Shown here piece by piece: positions 39,895 through 50,053 of a stretch of DNA of 64,000 nucleotides. The notes beneath the pieces were generated by a model. That model worked only from the letters and a program-made list of their open reading frames with translations, was not told where the DNA came from and did not search any database. The translations under genes were made by a program, and so were the position numbers. Origin of the DNA: an uncultured Gammaproteobacteria bacterium. GTDB lineage: Bacteria > Patescibacteriota > Patescibacteriia > UBA1558 > GWA2-36-10. The stretch lies in the NCBI GenBank assembly GCA_964633905.1, contig CAZWIT010000003.1, positions 3,193 to 67,192 on the forward strand. The letters run 5' to 3'. Every line of letters starts with the position of its first letter. Position 1 is the stretch's first letter.

Positions 39895-41543
39895 ATATTA
39901 TCGTTAAGTATCTGCAGACTACCTTGATTATAATACAAAAAATAAACTGATTTATCTTTTGATTGTTCTAATAATTTATCTTTAAACTCTAAAAAAATAC
40001 GATCGCTTACAAAGGTATCATAATTATAACCCCATAATTCAAAAACTAAATCCTCGCCATAATAAGCAGCTTGCGGACCAGTAATTAATTTTTCTTTATT
40101 AAAAGTATGCCCTAAAAATTGATTAAGCTTATCTCTTTTTTCCCAAACAAATAAATCAGCTTCTTTGTTGTTTTTATTTAAAAGTAGATGAATAGGTAAA
40201 GATTTAATTTTTAATTTATGACCTGGATAGTACAAATCGATAGCTGGAGCCACCGCATTACGCAAGATTTGTGCTCCTTCTAAATTATCCGGCAGATAAA
40301 CAAAATAAATTTCACTTTCTTTTTGTGTATCAATTTTTTGTCCAAATTCTAAAATTATATTTTTGGAAATTTGAGACGCGGCTAGCCAAGTTTTATTCTT
40401 TTGATAAAGTAAAGCAGCAGAGCCAGCTACTACTAAAACTAATAAAAATACCACCGACTTGTGATAAATTAGCTGCCATTTGGCCAAAAAGTAAGCTAAA
40501 ATTGCTATTAAAAATAATATCGGTAAATAAACGTATCTTTCCCCTTCATTATTCATTGGGTTAGGAGCTAGAGATAAATAAGGTATTAAAATTACTAAAA
40601 ATAATAAAATATAAGGCAAAATATTTTTAATTTTTTGCCGCAAAATATAAATTAAACCAGTGGCGATAATTAAACTTAGGGGCAATATTATTTTTAAATG
40701 ATTCTTAGCTAAAGAAAATAAAAATACTCTAAAATCCCCCGAGCTAAAAAAGGTAAATAATAAATAATAAAAATTTTCTAAATATATTTTAAAGTTAAAG
40801 TCCAGCTGACTACGTCCATAATAGCCAAATAAAATGCCCGTAGTCTGGTAACGCCAATATAAATAAAAGAATGATATTATAAAATAACCAAAAATTAAAT
40901 AAAAAAACTTAGTCTTACTAAACCAAGTCTTATTTTTCTTAAGTTCAATAAAAAACCAAATCAAAATAAATAATGGTAAACTAATGGCAATTTCTTTAGC
41001 GCCCAAGGCTAAGACAAAGGATAACAAAGATAAAAAATAAATAAACCATTTTTTATTTTCTCTAAATCTTAACCACAAATAAAAAGTTAACAGAAAAAAG
41101 AAAGTAGCTAGTATATGTGGAATAGCCGCAATCCAAGCAACTGCTTCGGCATTATTAAAATAAACAGTAAATAACAAGGCGCTAATAATAGCTATTTTAT
41201 TTGCAAATAATTTTTTAATAACTAAATAAAATAAAAATATATTAGCAAAATGAAAAAATAAACTAAATAAATGGTAAGGTAAAGGATTTAAGTGTCCCCA
41301 TTGATAGCTCAAATAATAAACTAAGTTAACCAAAGGTCCAAAGCTACCACCCTGATGAGAGCCTGCGTAGTTAGTAACAAAAAAATTTAGCGGATTACGA
41401 TGAACACTTACAGCCAACCACTCAAAATCATCTGATACAAAAAAAGCTTGCAAAATCGGATAATACAAGGCAAGGGTCAATAAAAAAAAGGCGCTAAAAA
41501 ATAGAACTGTTTGATAACGATAAATTAAATTCTTTAATTGCAT
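39891..41543 (-). CDS. GT-C fold membrane glycosyltransferase (PMT/ArnT-like, family 39/83-like)
   Basis: 550 aa with more than 10 TM helices. An acidic DDFEW-type motif sits in the first extracytoplasmic loop. C-terminal soluble domain. Confidence 0.5.
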   Translation of the reverse strand: MQLKNLIYRYQTVLFFSAFFLLTLALYYPILQAFFVSDDFEWLAVSVHRNPLNFFVTNYAGSHQGGSFGPLVNLVYYLSYQWGHLNPLPYHLFSLFFHFANIFLFYLVIKKLFANKIAIISALLFTVYFNNAEAVAWIAAIPHILATFFFLLTFYLWLRFRENKKWFIYFLSLLSFVLALGAKEIAISLPLFILIWFFIELKKNKTWFSKTKFFYLIFGYFIISFFYLYWRYQTTGILFGYYGRSQLDFNFKIYLENFYYLLFTFFSSGDFRVFLFSLAKNHLKIILPLSLIIATGLIYILRQKIKNILPYILLFLVILIPYLSLAPNPMNNEGERYVYLPILFLIAILAYFLAKWQLIYHKSVVFLLVLVVAGSAALLYQKNKTWLAASQISKNIILEFGQKIDTQKESEIYFVYLPDNLEGAQILRNAVAPAIDLYYPGHKLKIKSLPIHLLLNKNNKEADLFVWEKRDKLNQFLGHTFNKEKLITGPQAAYYGEDLVFELWGYNYDTFVSDRIFLEFKDKLLEQSKDKSVYFLYYNQGSLQILNDNI

Positions 41544-41613
41544 CTATATAAAATAATTTGGTGGACCGTACCCCGTCTTTGGCGGGGCGACCTGTTCTAT
41601 TTTTTATTTCATT

Positions 41614-41690
41614 TGGTGGACCGTGGGAGAGTCGAACTCCCGACCTCTGCAATGCGAATGCAGCGCTCTAGCCAACTGAGCTAACGGCCC
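41614..41690 (-). tRNA. tRNA-Ala (anticodon CGC)
   Basis: RC reads GGGCCGTTAGCTCAGTTGGCTAGAGCGCTGCATTCGCATTGCAGAGGTCGGGAGTTCGACTCTCCCACGGTCCACCA. The G3:U70 Ala identity pair is present. Confidence 0.9.
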
Positions 41691-41695
41691 TAAAA

Positions 41696-41772
41696 TGGTC
41701 GGGGTGAGAGGACTTGAACCTCCGACCTCGTCGTCCCGAACGACGCGCGCTAGCCAACTGCGCCACACCCCG
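41696..41772 (-). tRNA. tRNA-Pro (anticodon CGG)
   Basis: RC reads CGGGGTGTGGCGCAGTTGGCTAGCGCGCGTCGTTCGGGACGACGAGGTCGGAGGTTCAAGTCCTCTCACCCCGACCA. Anticodon loop TTCGGGA. Confidence 0.85.
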
Positions 41773-41921
41773 CCTAAAACTATCTAATTCTAGCAAAAAT
41801 AATAGTTTAACTCAATAAAAAAACCACCCTTTTAGTGATTCACTATAATATAATAAACAAACAATTTTGTAAATAAATATCTTAGTCGATAGCACAAAGA
41901 ATTGTGCTACCTAAAAAACAT

Positions 41922-42128
41922 TTATTTCTTAGCTAATTTGCCAAGACTGGCCAAAACATAAATAGCAGATAAGCCAACTAAACCGTAGACAATACGAGCT
42001 AGTAATGACATTTCTCCTAAAAGAGTAGCCACTAAATCAAAATTAAAAGCCGCTACTAGGCCCCAATTTAATCCGCCGACAATAAGCAGGATAAAAAATA
42101 GCCAGTCTAAACCACTTAAATTTTTCAT
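41922..42128 (-). CDS. DUF378-family small membrane protein
   Basis: 68 aa. GLNWGLVAAFNFDLVATLLGE...RIVYGLVGLSAIY matches the DUF378 pattern. Confidence 0.5.
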   Translation of the reverse strand: MKNLSGLDWLFFILLIVGGLNWGLVAAFNFDLVATLLGEMSLLARIVYGLVGLSAIYVLASLGKLAKK

Positions 42129-42208
42129 AGTTTTTTTCTTTATGTTAATTAATAAAGAGCTTTAATATTTATATTATAACACAAAATAGCTCTAATGAAA
42201 ATTAAGCT

Positions 42209-42664
42209 TTATTTTACAAATAAACCAATAACTTTATCCCAAACGCTTTTTACCATTAAAATTGCTCCCAATACCATCAAGATTGAGCCAACAGCCAAAC
42301 GCAAATCAATTTTTTCACTTAAAAAAATGCCTGCCAAAATAACAACAAAAACTAAACTTAAACGATCCAAGGCTTGCACTTGACCAGCGTCAGCCTTAGA
42401 TAAGGCATAAAAATAAAACAGCCATGATATCACGCCAGCTAAAGCTCCTAATACAATAAATAACAAAGCATTACCATTAATAGTGTTTAATTTAGCAAAC
42501 TTGCCTGTTAAAGCCGAAAAAACTATCAGGAATAAAGACATGACTATAACTCTAACTGTAGTAGCTAAATTAGAATCAATGTTAGCTAAACCCTTTTTAC
42601 TAAAAATAGTAACTAAAGCGGCAAAAAAGGCTGATAAAATACCAAAGATGATCCAAGTAGGCAT
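42209..42664 (-). CDS. Small DMT/EamA-like transporter (4-5 TM)
   Basis: 151 aa. The hydrophobic helix pattern resembles a single EamA domain. Confidence 0.45.
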   Translation of the reverse strand: MPTWIIFGILSAFFAALVTIFSKKGLANIDSNLATTVRVIVMSLFLIVFSALTGKFAKLNTINGNALLFIVLGALAGVISWLFYFYALSKADAGQVQALDRLSLVFVVILAGIFLSEKIDLRLAVGSILMVLGAILMVKSVWDKVIGLFVK

Positions 42665-42683
42665 AAATTTATAATAAGTTTTA

Positions 42684-44210
42684 TTAAAAAATATTTTTTA
42701 AGACTCTAGCTGTCAAATACTCCACGGGCGCATGATTGTCAGTAAAAACCATGGCCTTAGAAAAATCAAATTTATTTAAGTCAATTTCTTTAGTAAGTAG
42801 CGGCAAAATAATATCTTTATCTTCTTTACTAAGATCTAAATTTTGCCAATCAATTTTTTTATCACTATTATATCCCAAAAAAACTATATTTTGTGTACCG
42901 GTATTTTCTGGAGATTCAGCTGCAAAAAAATAACTATTAGGAAAAACTGACTGGAAAGTTTTTATTTCTGACAAAATAAATTTCGATTCCTCGCCTGCTA
43001 AATCACCGATTAAATTAGCCATAAAAATACCATCGCTACTCATCTTATTTTTTGCAATTTCAAAAAACTCCTTAGTGGTAAAATGAGCCGGCACTGATAA
43101 ACCATTATAAACATCACTAAATATAAAATCATATTCTTTATCAGCATCATATAAAAACCTACGACCATCATCAGTAAAATTATGTAATCGATCAGATTTA
43201 ACTAGGCCAAAATATTTTTGAGCCAGTTCAAATAAAGACGCCTCTACTTCTGAAACATCCACTTCTGCCTTAGGTAAATCGCGCAACATTATTTTTGGTA
43301 TCGAATAAGCCCCGCCGCCTATCACTAAAGTATTTATAATATCTGTTTTTAAAAATTTATGCAAAAGATAATATTTTGAATAATCAAAAACCAAATCATC
43401 AGAGTCTAAAAAAGTAGCACTAGAACTTGCTCTATCCTGCATCAAAACCCTAACTTTCTTTCCCTGGTATTCCCTATCAAAAACGGAATATTTGGCATAT
43501 AAGCCATCATAACTATAAATAATATTATTATTCTCTACGCCTACTAACATTATAACTGAGGCAATCAACAAAAGATTCAAAATAAATATTTTAAAAAGCG
43601 TTTTTTTGGCTAAGCCTAATTTAATGAGCGGTAATAAACCTAATAATATCAATGCTATAGCTACTCCTAATATTATTTGATTAATACCAAAATGAGGAAT
43701 TAAGAAAAAACCAGTAAATAAACTACCAAAGATACTACCTAAGGTAGACCAAAAAAATATTTCTCCGCTAATGCTACCTATGCCCTTGTCCGGAAAATAT
43801 TTTTCCTGCAGCTTGATAGTAAAGGGCGACAAAGTACCTAATATCAGGCTAGGTATAAAAAATAAAATTACTGAAAAAATCAAAGGACCCGAGATCATTG
43901 GTAGTTTGTAGCCGATGTAGGGTAAGAGAAATAATGTTAATAAGTGCAAAACAATCACGCTAAAACCACTAAGCAAAATAATCGAATAAAAAAACTTTTC
44001 TGTCGGATATTTATCGGCTAATTTTCCACCAAAAAAATAACCTAAACTCAAAGCCGCTAAAACTACTCCAATCACACTAGACACTGTATAAATCGTACTG
44101 CCATAATATGGAGACAAGATACGAGTCGCAACCACTTCAATAACCAAGACGCAAGCTCCAGTTAAAAATACTACAAAAGGCAAAACGTATTTTTTTAAAT
44201 TAATCATCAA
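42684..44210 (-). CDS. Fused polytopic membrane domain plus spermidine/spermine synthase-like domain
   Basis: About 7 N-terminal TM helices, then LVIGGGAYSIPKIM...DFIFSDVY, an aminopropyltransferase-like Rossmann fold. Confidence 0.55.
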   Translation of the reverse strand: MMINLKKYVLPFVVFLTGACVLVIEVVATRILSPYYGSTIYTVSSVIGVVLAALSLGYFFGGKLADKYPTEKFFYSIILLSGFSVIVLHLLTLFLLPYIGYKLPMISGPLIFSVILFFIPSLILGTLSPFTIKLQEKYFPDKGIGSISGEIFFWSTLGSIFGSLFTGFFLIPHFGINQIILGVAIALILLGLLPLIKLGLAKKTLFKIFILNLLLIASVIMLVGVENNNIIYSYDGLYAKYSVFDREYQGKKVRVLMQDRASSSATFLDSDDLVFDYSKYYLLHKFLKTDIINTLVIGGGAYSIPKIMLRDLPKAEVDVSEVEASLFELAQKYFGLVKSDRLHNFTDDGRRFLYDADKEYDFIFSDVYNGLSVPAHFTTKEFFEIAKNKMSSDGIFMANLIGDLAGEESKFILSEIKTFQSVFPNSYFFAAESPENTGTQNIVFLGYNSDKKIDWQNLDLSKEDKDIILPLLTKEIDLNKFDFSKAMVFTDNHAPVEYLTARVLKNIF

Positions 44211-44235
44211 CTATTTTATTTAATATTAATAAATC

Positions 44236-44311
44236 TGGAGCAGGTAACGGGACTCGAACCCGTGACCTCTTCCTTGGGAAGGAAGCATTCTACCAACTAA
44301 ACTATACCTGC
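44236..44311 (-). tRNA. tRNA-Gly (anticodon CCC)
   Basis: RC reads GCAGGTATAGTTTAGTTGGTAGAATGCTTCCTTCCCAAGGAAGAGGTCACGGGTTCGAGTCCCGTTACCTGCTCCA. Confidence 0.85.
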
Positions 44312-44366
44312 TGAATTAACTCCGTATATAAATAAACTTTTCTGTAATAAAAAATTAGCATAAGTA

Positions 44367-44443
44367 TGGTGGGTATAGATGGACTTGAACCATCGACCCC
44401 GACTTTATAAGAGTCGTGCTCTAACCGACTGAGCTATATACCC
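44367..44443 (-). tRNA. tRNA with anticodon UAU (Ile, AUA-decoding type)
   Basis: RC reads GGGTATATAGCTCAGTCGGTTAGAGCACGACTCTTATAAAGTCGGGGTCGATGGTTCAAGTCCATCTATACCCACCA. Clean cloverleaf with anticodon loop CTTATAA. Confidence 0.75.
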
Positions 44444-44495
44444 TCGATAATTACTATGCTAATTATAATTAAACTATGATGTTTTGTGAAGATGT

Positions 44496-45605
44496 TTAAA
44501 ACGTGTGCAATAATTTCAATTTTTCCTGCAAACCATTTATTACTAATTGACGAGTATTGTCTAGATCTTTTTCTACTATAAAACGGACAAAACGTCGATT
44601 ACCAGTAGCTACCAAATCTTTACTTAAATCCAAAGCATTAACATTACTAGCTGTATACAACCAAACTTCAGTTTTACTAAAATCTAATTGATAAAAAATT
44701 GTAGCTACCAAAACATTCGGCGTAGACAAAATCAAATCTCTGACTAACTCTTGCAAATCCATAGGCAAAGCCTCAACTTCATTGTGCTGCAAATAAGAAC
44801 TAATAATAGCATCTTGTTTTTGCAAACGTGATAATACTTTGCCCCAATTTTTTAAAGTTTTTATATCTTTAGTCCGATATAAAGCTTCTATTATCTGCTG
44901 ACGCTCCGCCCCTTTAATAAGCAATAAACTGGCTAACTCTAATACTTGCGGCGTCACTTGCATTGATTGAAAACTATTGGTAGCTGCTATCATGCCTCCT
45001 AAAATACAAGTAGCTAAATCCTTAGTAAGATGTTTTTGTAAAGCATAATAACTAATTTCAGCAATGGAAGTAGCTTTTGGATCTATAATATTAAGTTGTC
45101 CAAAATTTTCATTTAATATCTGCCGATCAATATTTATTATAGGCACCTGCTCAAAAAAATGACGATTATCTTGATAGACAGAGCCTAATGATTCTAAATC
45201 AACTGCCCCTAAAGCTAAAATTAAATTATATTTATAGTCGCCTATTTCTGCTTTTAAATCATTGCTACTAAATACTCCCCCCTCGGGCACAATATCAATG
45301 ATTAACTCGCTGTCATTAATATCATAACTCAATTGTTTAACTTTAGTTTTAGTTACATCTAATTTAATCTTAAATTTATTAAGATCACTAATTGTGTCTG
45401 TAAGTGTGAAAGTGCTTGGTAAAAATTTCAAATCTGATTTACCACCAATCAAAACTACATCCGCTTGCTTTTTTTGATTTATCAAAAAAGTCTGCCAAGC
45501 TGCTGCACTACAGGTTACATCAATATTAGGGTCAGTGGGGCCAACAATCAAGATGTGCTGACCATTATTTAATAATCCACTTAATTCTTTGAGTGGTAAT
45601 TCCAT
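44496..45605 (-). CDS. DHH/DHHA1-fold protein: a degenerate, probably non-catalytic paralog of NrnA
   Basis: Collinear with the bona fide NrnA at 48349-49314, but every catalytic motif is replaced: HxxPDGD becomes GPTDPNID, D becomes G in motif II, DHH becomes IDRQ, TDTGGF becomes IAATNSF, GGGH becomes TGNRR. Confidence 0.5.
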   Translation of the reverse strand: MELPLKELSGLLNNGQHILIVGPTDPNIDVTCSAAAWQTFLINQKKQADVVLIGGKSDLKFLPSTFTLTDTISDLNKFKIKLDVTKTKVKQLSYDINDSELIIDIVPEGGVFSSNDLKAEIGDYKYNLILALGAVDLESLGSVYQDNRHFFEQVPIINIDRQILNENFGQLNIIDPKATSIAEISYYALQKHLTKDLATCILGGMIAATNSFQSMQVTPQVLELASLLLIKGAERQQIIEALYRTKDIKTLKNWGKVLSRLQKQDAIISSYLQHNEVEALPMDLQELVRDLILSTPNVLVATIFYQLDFSKTEVWLYTASNVNALDLSKDLVATGNRRFVRFIVEKDLDNTRQLVINGLQEKLKLLHTF

Positions 45606-45708
45606 AAATTATTGCCAAAATGACATTTAAATTTATAATAAAACATTAGCTTTGTCAAGAATTTTAAGATCTATAAACAAACACAAAGAGCCTGCTAGAT
45701 TAGCATTG

Positions 45709-45840
45709 ACCCTGTTAAATCCCATACTAGATTTATTAAGAAATAAATAAATTAAAATAAACACAAATATTACTTTTAAAATAAAGGAAAGTCTTTCTTA
45801 TGGGAAGCTAAACGCCAAGCGTTTAGCTATTTAACAGGGT
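45709..45840. repeat. MITE-like element, copy 3, in the divergent promoter region between the DHH paralog and infB
   Basis: ACCCTGTTAAAT at 45709-45720 and ATTTAACAGGGT at 45829-45840. An internal perfect hairpin AGCTAAACGCCAAGCGTTTAGCT abuts the right terminus. Confidence 0.6.
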
Positions 45841-45947
45841 TGACTTTTTTGCCTAAATTTAGTAGAGTTAGAGCAAATTTAAAGCTAATTAGGCAGAAAT
45901 CAAGCTTTAATTAAGCTCAAAAAGCTAATTCTTAACCTAAACAAATA

Positions 45948-47921
45948 ATGAATACTTCAGTACTAGCTCGACAACTTAAAGTAACTACAGCTGAACTCTT
46001 GGAAAAATTACCAAGTTTAGGTTTTGATATTGGTGCCAAGGCTATTAAAATTGATGATCGCTTGGCTCCAAAAATTATCGACGCTTGGAAAAGAGCTGAA
46101 AAAAAAGAAGCTTTTAAAAAAGAGCTTTCTAAAGTAACTGAAATTAGGGATAAAGGAAAAAATGATACCAGCGCTATTCAAAAAGAAGTAGCTATTGCCG
46201 ATACTATCATTGTCAAAGATATGGCTCAAGCTATGAATTTACCAGTCGCTAGATTAATGGCCGAATTAATGAAAAATGGCGTCATGGTATCTTTAAATGA
46301 AAAGATAGATTTTGACACTGCTACTATTATCGCTGAAGATTTAGGCTTTAAAGTAACTAGAAAAAACACTAATGAAAACGAGCAAGAAATCAGCTCTAAA
46401 GAAAAATTAAGCGAATTACTATCACACCGACAATCGGCAGATGCCAAACCTCCAGTGGTAGTTGTCATGGGACACGTTGATCATGGAAAAACTAAATTAC
46501 TTGATGCCATTAGACAAACTAACGTTGTTGCCTCTGAAGCTGGTGGCATTACCCAGCATATTGGCGCTTATCAAGTAACAACTCACAATAGGCTTATTAC
46601 TTTTTTAGATACTCCTGGGCACGAAGCTTTTAAAGCTATGCGTTCTCGTGGTGGCCAAATAGCTGATATTGCTATTTTAGTTATTGCTGCTGATGATGGT
46701 CTGCAACCACAAACCTTGGAAAGCTTAAGCGTTATCCAAAAAGAAAAATTACCATTTATTATTGCTATTAACAAAATAGATAAAGCTGGCGCTAATTTAG
46801 ACCGCGTTAAACAAGAATTAAGCGAGCTAAACCTAACACCTGAAGACTGGGGCGGTAGCACTATTTGTCAGCCTATTTCCGCTCTTAAAAAAGAGGGTAT
46901 TAATGAATTATTAGACTTGATTCTACTAGTAGCTGATATGGAAAATCTCAAGTCTGGTAGTGATGGCGCTGCTATTGGTACCATTATTGAATCAAATATC
47001 AATAAAAATGAAGGTCCAGTAGCCACTATCTTGGTTCAGGCTGGCACCCTAAGAATTGGCGACATATTTATAGTTGGCAACATTCCTGGCAAAATCAAAA
47101 CCCTAAAAGATTGGACCGGTAAAAACGTAACGTCTGCCACGCCCGCTATGCCTGTTAAAATTTTGGGGCTCAAACAATTGCCTCAGGTTGGAGAAATTTT
47201 AGAAGTAGTTAATGATAAAAAACTTTATCGTGAAAAAATAAAAAATTTATCTAGCTCCCAACTCCATCGTCCTGCTGGTCTTACTAAAATTAATAGCAAC
47301 GAAGACAATGATACTGATGTTAATTCTTTAAATATTATTATTAAATCTGACGTTTTGGGCTCAGCTGAAGCTATCGAAGAATCTCTAAATAAAATCGATA
47401 TACCTGGCGCTCGTGTCAAAATCTTAAAAAAAGGATTAGGCCTAATTAATGAATCTGATATCTTAAATGCCAGTGCTACTAATGCCTTAGTAATTGGTTT
47501 TCATATTAAAGAAAATAAAAATATTCAAAGTCTAGCTATTGAAAAAAAAGTTACCGTCCTCTACTTTGATATTATTTATAAATTACTCGAAGACTTAGAA
47601 AGTCGCCTTAAAACTTTGAAAATTAAAAAAACTATCCACAAAATTACCGGCAAGCTGCAAGTACTAGCTATTTTTAAAGCTGGTAAAAATAATATGATAT
47701 TTGGCGGTAAGGTTGTTGAGGGCAAAATCAATAAAAAATGTAAAATTAAAGTTTTAAAAAATGGTGAAGTAGAAGCTATTGGCGAAATTGTTAATTTACA
47801 AGCCGCTAAAGAAAATGTTAATGAAGTAGTAGCTGGCTCTGAGACTGGTATCGAATATAAAGGCGAGCCAATAATTGCCGTAGGTGACATCTTAGAATTT
47901 TTTGAAGAAAGTTATGAGTAA
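45948..47921 (+). CDS. infB: Translation initiation factor IF-2
   Basis: G-domain motifs GHVDHGKT, DTPGH and NKID. 657 aa. Confidence 0.9.
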   Translation: MNTSVLARQLKVTTAELLEKLPSLGFDIGAKAIKIDDRLAPKIIDAWKRAEKKEAFKKELSKVTEIRDKGKNDTSAIQKEVAIADTIIVKDMAQAMNLPVARLMAELMKNGVMVSLNEKIDFDTATIIAEDLGFKVTRKNTNENEQEISSKEKLSELLSHRQSADAKPPVVVVMGHVDHGKTKLLDAIRQTNVVASEAGGITQHIGAYQVTTHNRLITFLDTPGHEAFKAMRSRGGQIADIAILVIAADDGLQPQTLESLSVIQKEKLPFIIAINKIDKAGANLDRVKQELSELNLTPEDWGGSTICQPISALKKEGINELLDLILLVADMENLKSGSDGAAIGTIIESNINKNEGPVATILVQAGTLRIGDIFIVGNIPGKIKTLKDWTGKNVTSATPAMPVKILGLKQLPQVGEILEVVNDKKLYREKIKNLSSSQLHRPAGLTKINSNEDNDTDVNSLNIIIKSDVLGSAEAIEESLNKIDIPGARVKILKKGLGLINESDILNASATNALVIGFHIKENKNIQSLAIEKKVTVLYFDIIYKLLEDLESRLKTLKIKKTIHKITGKLQVLAIFKAGKNNMIFGGKVVEGKINKKCKIKVLKNGEVEAIGEIVNLQAAKENVNEVVAGSETGIEYKGEPIIAVGDILEFFEESYE

Positions 47922-48237
47922 GCGCACCGAACAAGTATCTGCTCTACTACAAAAAGATATTAACGAAATTATTATCCGCGACTTTGAACCGCCCTTAGGC
48001 ACATTAGTTAGCGTTTCTTTAGTAACTGTTTCTCCTGATTTAAAAAATGCCACGGTATATGTGAGCGTTTTACCTGACAATCGCATTGGCACTGGTCTGA
48101 CTGCTATTAAGAAATTTTCTGGGCACGTCCAAAAAGCTATTAATAAAAAATTGACCCTACATAATGTACCTAAACTACACTGGGAACTAGACGAAAGAGC
48201 TATTAGATACGATGAATTTGATAAAGCTTTAGAATAA
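47902..48237 (+). CDS. rbfA: Ribosome-binding factor A
   Basis: 111 aa. MSKRTEQVSALLQKDINEII is typical of RbfA. Conserved position after infB. Confidence 0.75.
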   Translation: MKKVMSKRTEQVSALLQKDINEIIIRDFEPPLGTLVSVSLVTVSPDLKNATVYVSVLPDNRIGTGLTAIKKFSGHVQKAINKKLTLHNVPKLHWELDERAIRYDEFDKALE

Positions 48238-48348
48238 TTACCATAAATAAAATAAACAAATAAAAAGCTAAATATAATTTAGCTTTTTATAATAACTAGC
48301 ATTTAAAACAATTGACTAATAAAAAAAACTAGCCTATAATACCAAGTT

Positions 48349-49314
48349 ATGAAAAATCACCAACATATTAGTCAAGCTATTTGGCAAAAAATCCAAGCTG
48401 CTGAAAATATTTTATTATTCTCCCACCAAAGTCCAGATGGCGATACCTTGGGCTCTAATTTAGCTCTAGCTAAATATTTAAAAAATATTGGCAAACAAGT
48501 TACCAGCTTTTGCATAGACCCTGTGCCTGATAATTTAAAATTTTTGCCAAACTACCATTGGTTAGATTCTGACCATATTATTTTTACTAAAAAATACGAA
48601 GTAGTAATTGCTTTAGATTCTGGCAGCCTTGATTATGCTGGTGTTGAAAGTTTACTCACTGCTCTAAACGGCAATTTTAGTTTTATCAATATTGATCATC
48701 ACGCTTCTAATACGCATTATGGCCAAATAAATTTAGTAATACCCGACGCCTCTTCTACTGCTGAGGTTGTTTATCGCCTGCTTAAAGACTGGAATATAGA
48801 TTGGGATAGCGATATTGCCAATTGCCTAGCCTGCGGCCTAATCACCGATACTGGTGGCTTTAAAAACGCTGCTACTAGCTACTTATCTTTAAGCGCGGCC
48901 GCTGATTTACATCGTCAAGGCGCGAAGTTACAACACATTATCAATAAGACTATTAATAATACTGAATTCCAACATCTAAAATTATGGGGTAGAGCCTTAG
49001 CTAGATTGCAATCAAGTAAGCAATATCAACTGGTCTATACTTTTTTAACTCAGGCCGATTTTCAAGAATGTGGCGTAGATGGTAATAAAATAGAAGGCTT
49101 AAGTAACTTTCTGCATATCCTTAATGAAGGAAAAATTGTCTTAATACTTAAAGAGGATAATAATAATGCCATTCGTGGTTCATTGCGTACTAATACTAAT
49201 ATTGACTTAGCCAAACTTGCTAAAGCTTTTGGTGGTGGTGGCCACAAAAAAGCCTCCGGCTTTATCTTGCCAGGACGACTTGAGTATGTTAATAATAAAT
49301 TGAAAGTTGTGTAA
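48349..49314 (+). CDS. nrnA: Bifunctional oligoribonuclease/pAp phosphatase NrnA (DHH family)
   Basis: Motifs HQSPDGD, DSG, NIDHH, GLITDTGGF and the DHHA1 motif GGGGHKKASGF. Confidence 0.8.
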   Translation: MKNHQHISQAIWQKIQAAENILLFSHQSPDGDTLGSNLALAKYLKNIGKQVTSFCIDPVPDNLKFLPNYHWLDSDHIIFTKKYEVVIALDSGSLDYAGVESLLTALNGNFSFINIDHHASNTHYGQINLVIPDASSTAEVVYRLLKDWNIDWDSDIANCLACGLITDTGGFKNAATSYLSLSAAADLHRQGAKLQHIINKTINNTEFQHLKLWGRALARLQSSKQYQLVYTFLTQADFQECGVDGNKIEGLSNFLHILNEGKIVLILKEDNNNAIRGSLRTNTNIDLAKLAKAFGGGGHKKASGFILPGRLEYVNNKLKVV

Positions 49315-49332
49315 ACAACTTTCATCCCGCAC

Positions 49333-49953
49333 TTGTTGCGGGATCCCAACTTAAAAATACCTTTAATAAAATATAAACATATGTTAATACCAACCGTTAT
49401 CGAAAAAGTTCCTGGCGGCGAAAGAGCCTACGATATCTACTCTCGCCTTTTAAAGGATAGGATTATTTTTTTAGGAGACGCTATTGATGATCGCGTAGCA
49501 AATATTATAATTGCTCAACTACTCTTTTTAGATGCCCAAGATAATACCAAGGCTATCAAAATGTATATCAACTGTCCCGGAGGCTCGGTTACTGATGGTT
49601 TAGCTATTTATGACACTATGCAGCATATCAAAAGCCCAGTCAGTACCATTGCCGTAGGGCTAGCTGCTTCTATGGCCGCTATACTATTAGCGGCTGGGTC
49701 AAAGGGTCAACGCTTTGCTTTACCAAACTCAGAAATACTCTTACACCAGATTATGGGTGGGGCTCAAGGTCAAGCCAGTGATATTAAAATCAAAGCTGAA
49801 CAAATATTAAAATTAAAAGACCGCTTAAATAAAATTATCCAACAACATACTGGGCAAGTTCTCAAAAAAATTGAAGGCGACACTGACCGCGATTATTATT
49901 TAACCCCCGAAGAAGCCAAAAATTATGGCTTGATAGACAAAATCATCAAATAA
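49333..49953 (+). CDS. clpP: ATP-dependent Clp protease proteolytic subunit
   Basis: [19 protein letters not shown], active-site region GLAASMAA, and a conserved His/Asp. Confidence 0.9.
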   Translation: MLRDPNLKIPLIKYKHMLIPTVIEKVPGGERAYDIYSRLLKDRIIFLGDAIDDRVANIIIAQLLFLDAQDNTKAIKMYINCPGGSVTDGLAIYDTMQHIKSPVSTIAVGLAASMAAILLAAGSKGQRFALPNSEILLHQIMGGAQGQASDIKIKAEQILKLKDRLNKIIQQHTGQVLKKIEGDTDRDYYLTPEEAKNYGLIDKIIK

Positions 49954-50053
49954 ATTTTGTCTAGATATTTACCACAAACGAAAAATGTGCTAATATATTT
50001 TCCAAGGTGAGTTTTGAGGATGCAAAACACCCTCAACACAAAAATCTCATCTA

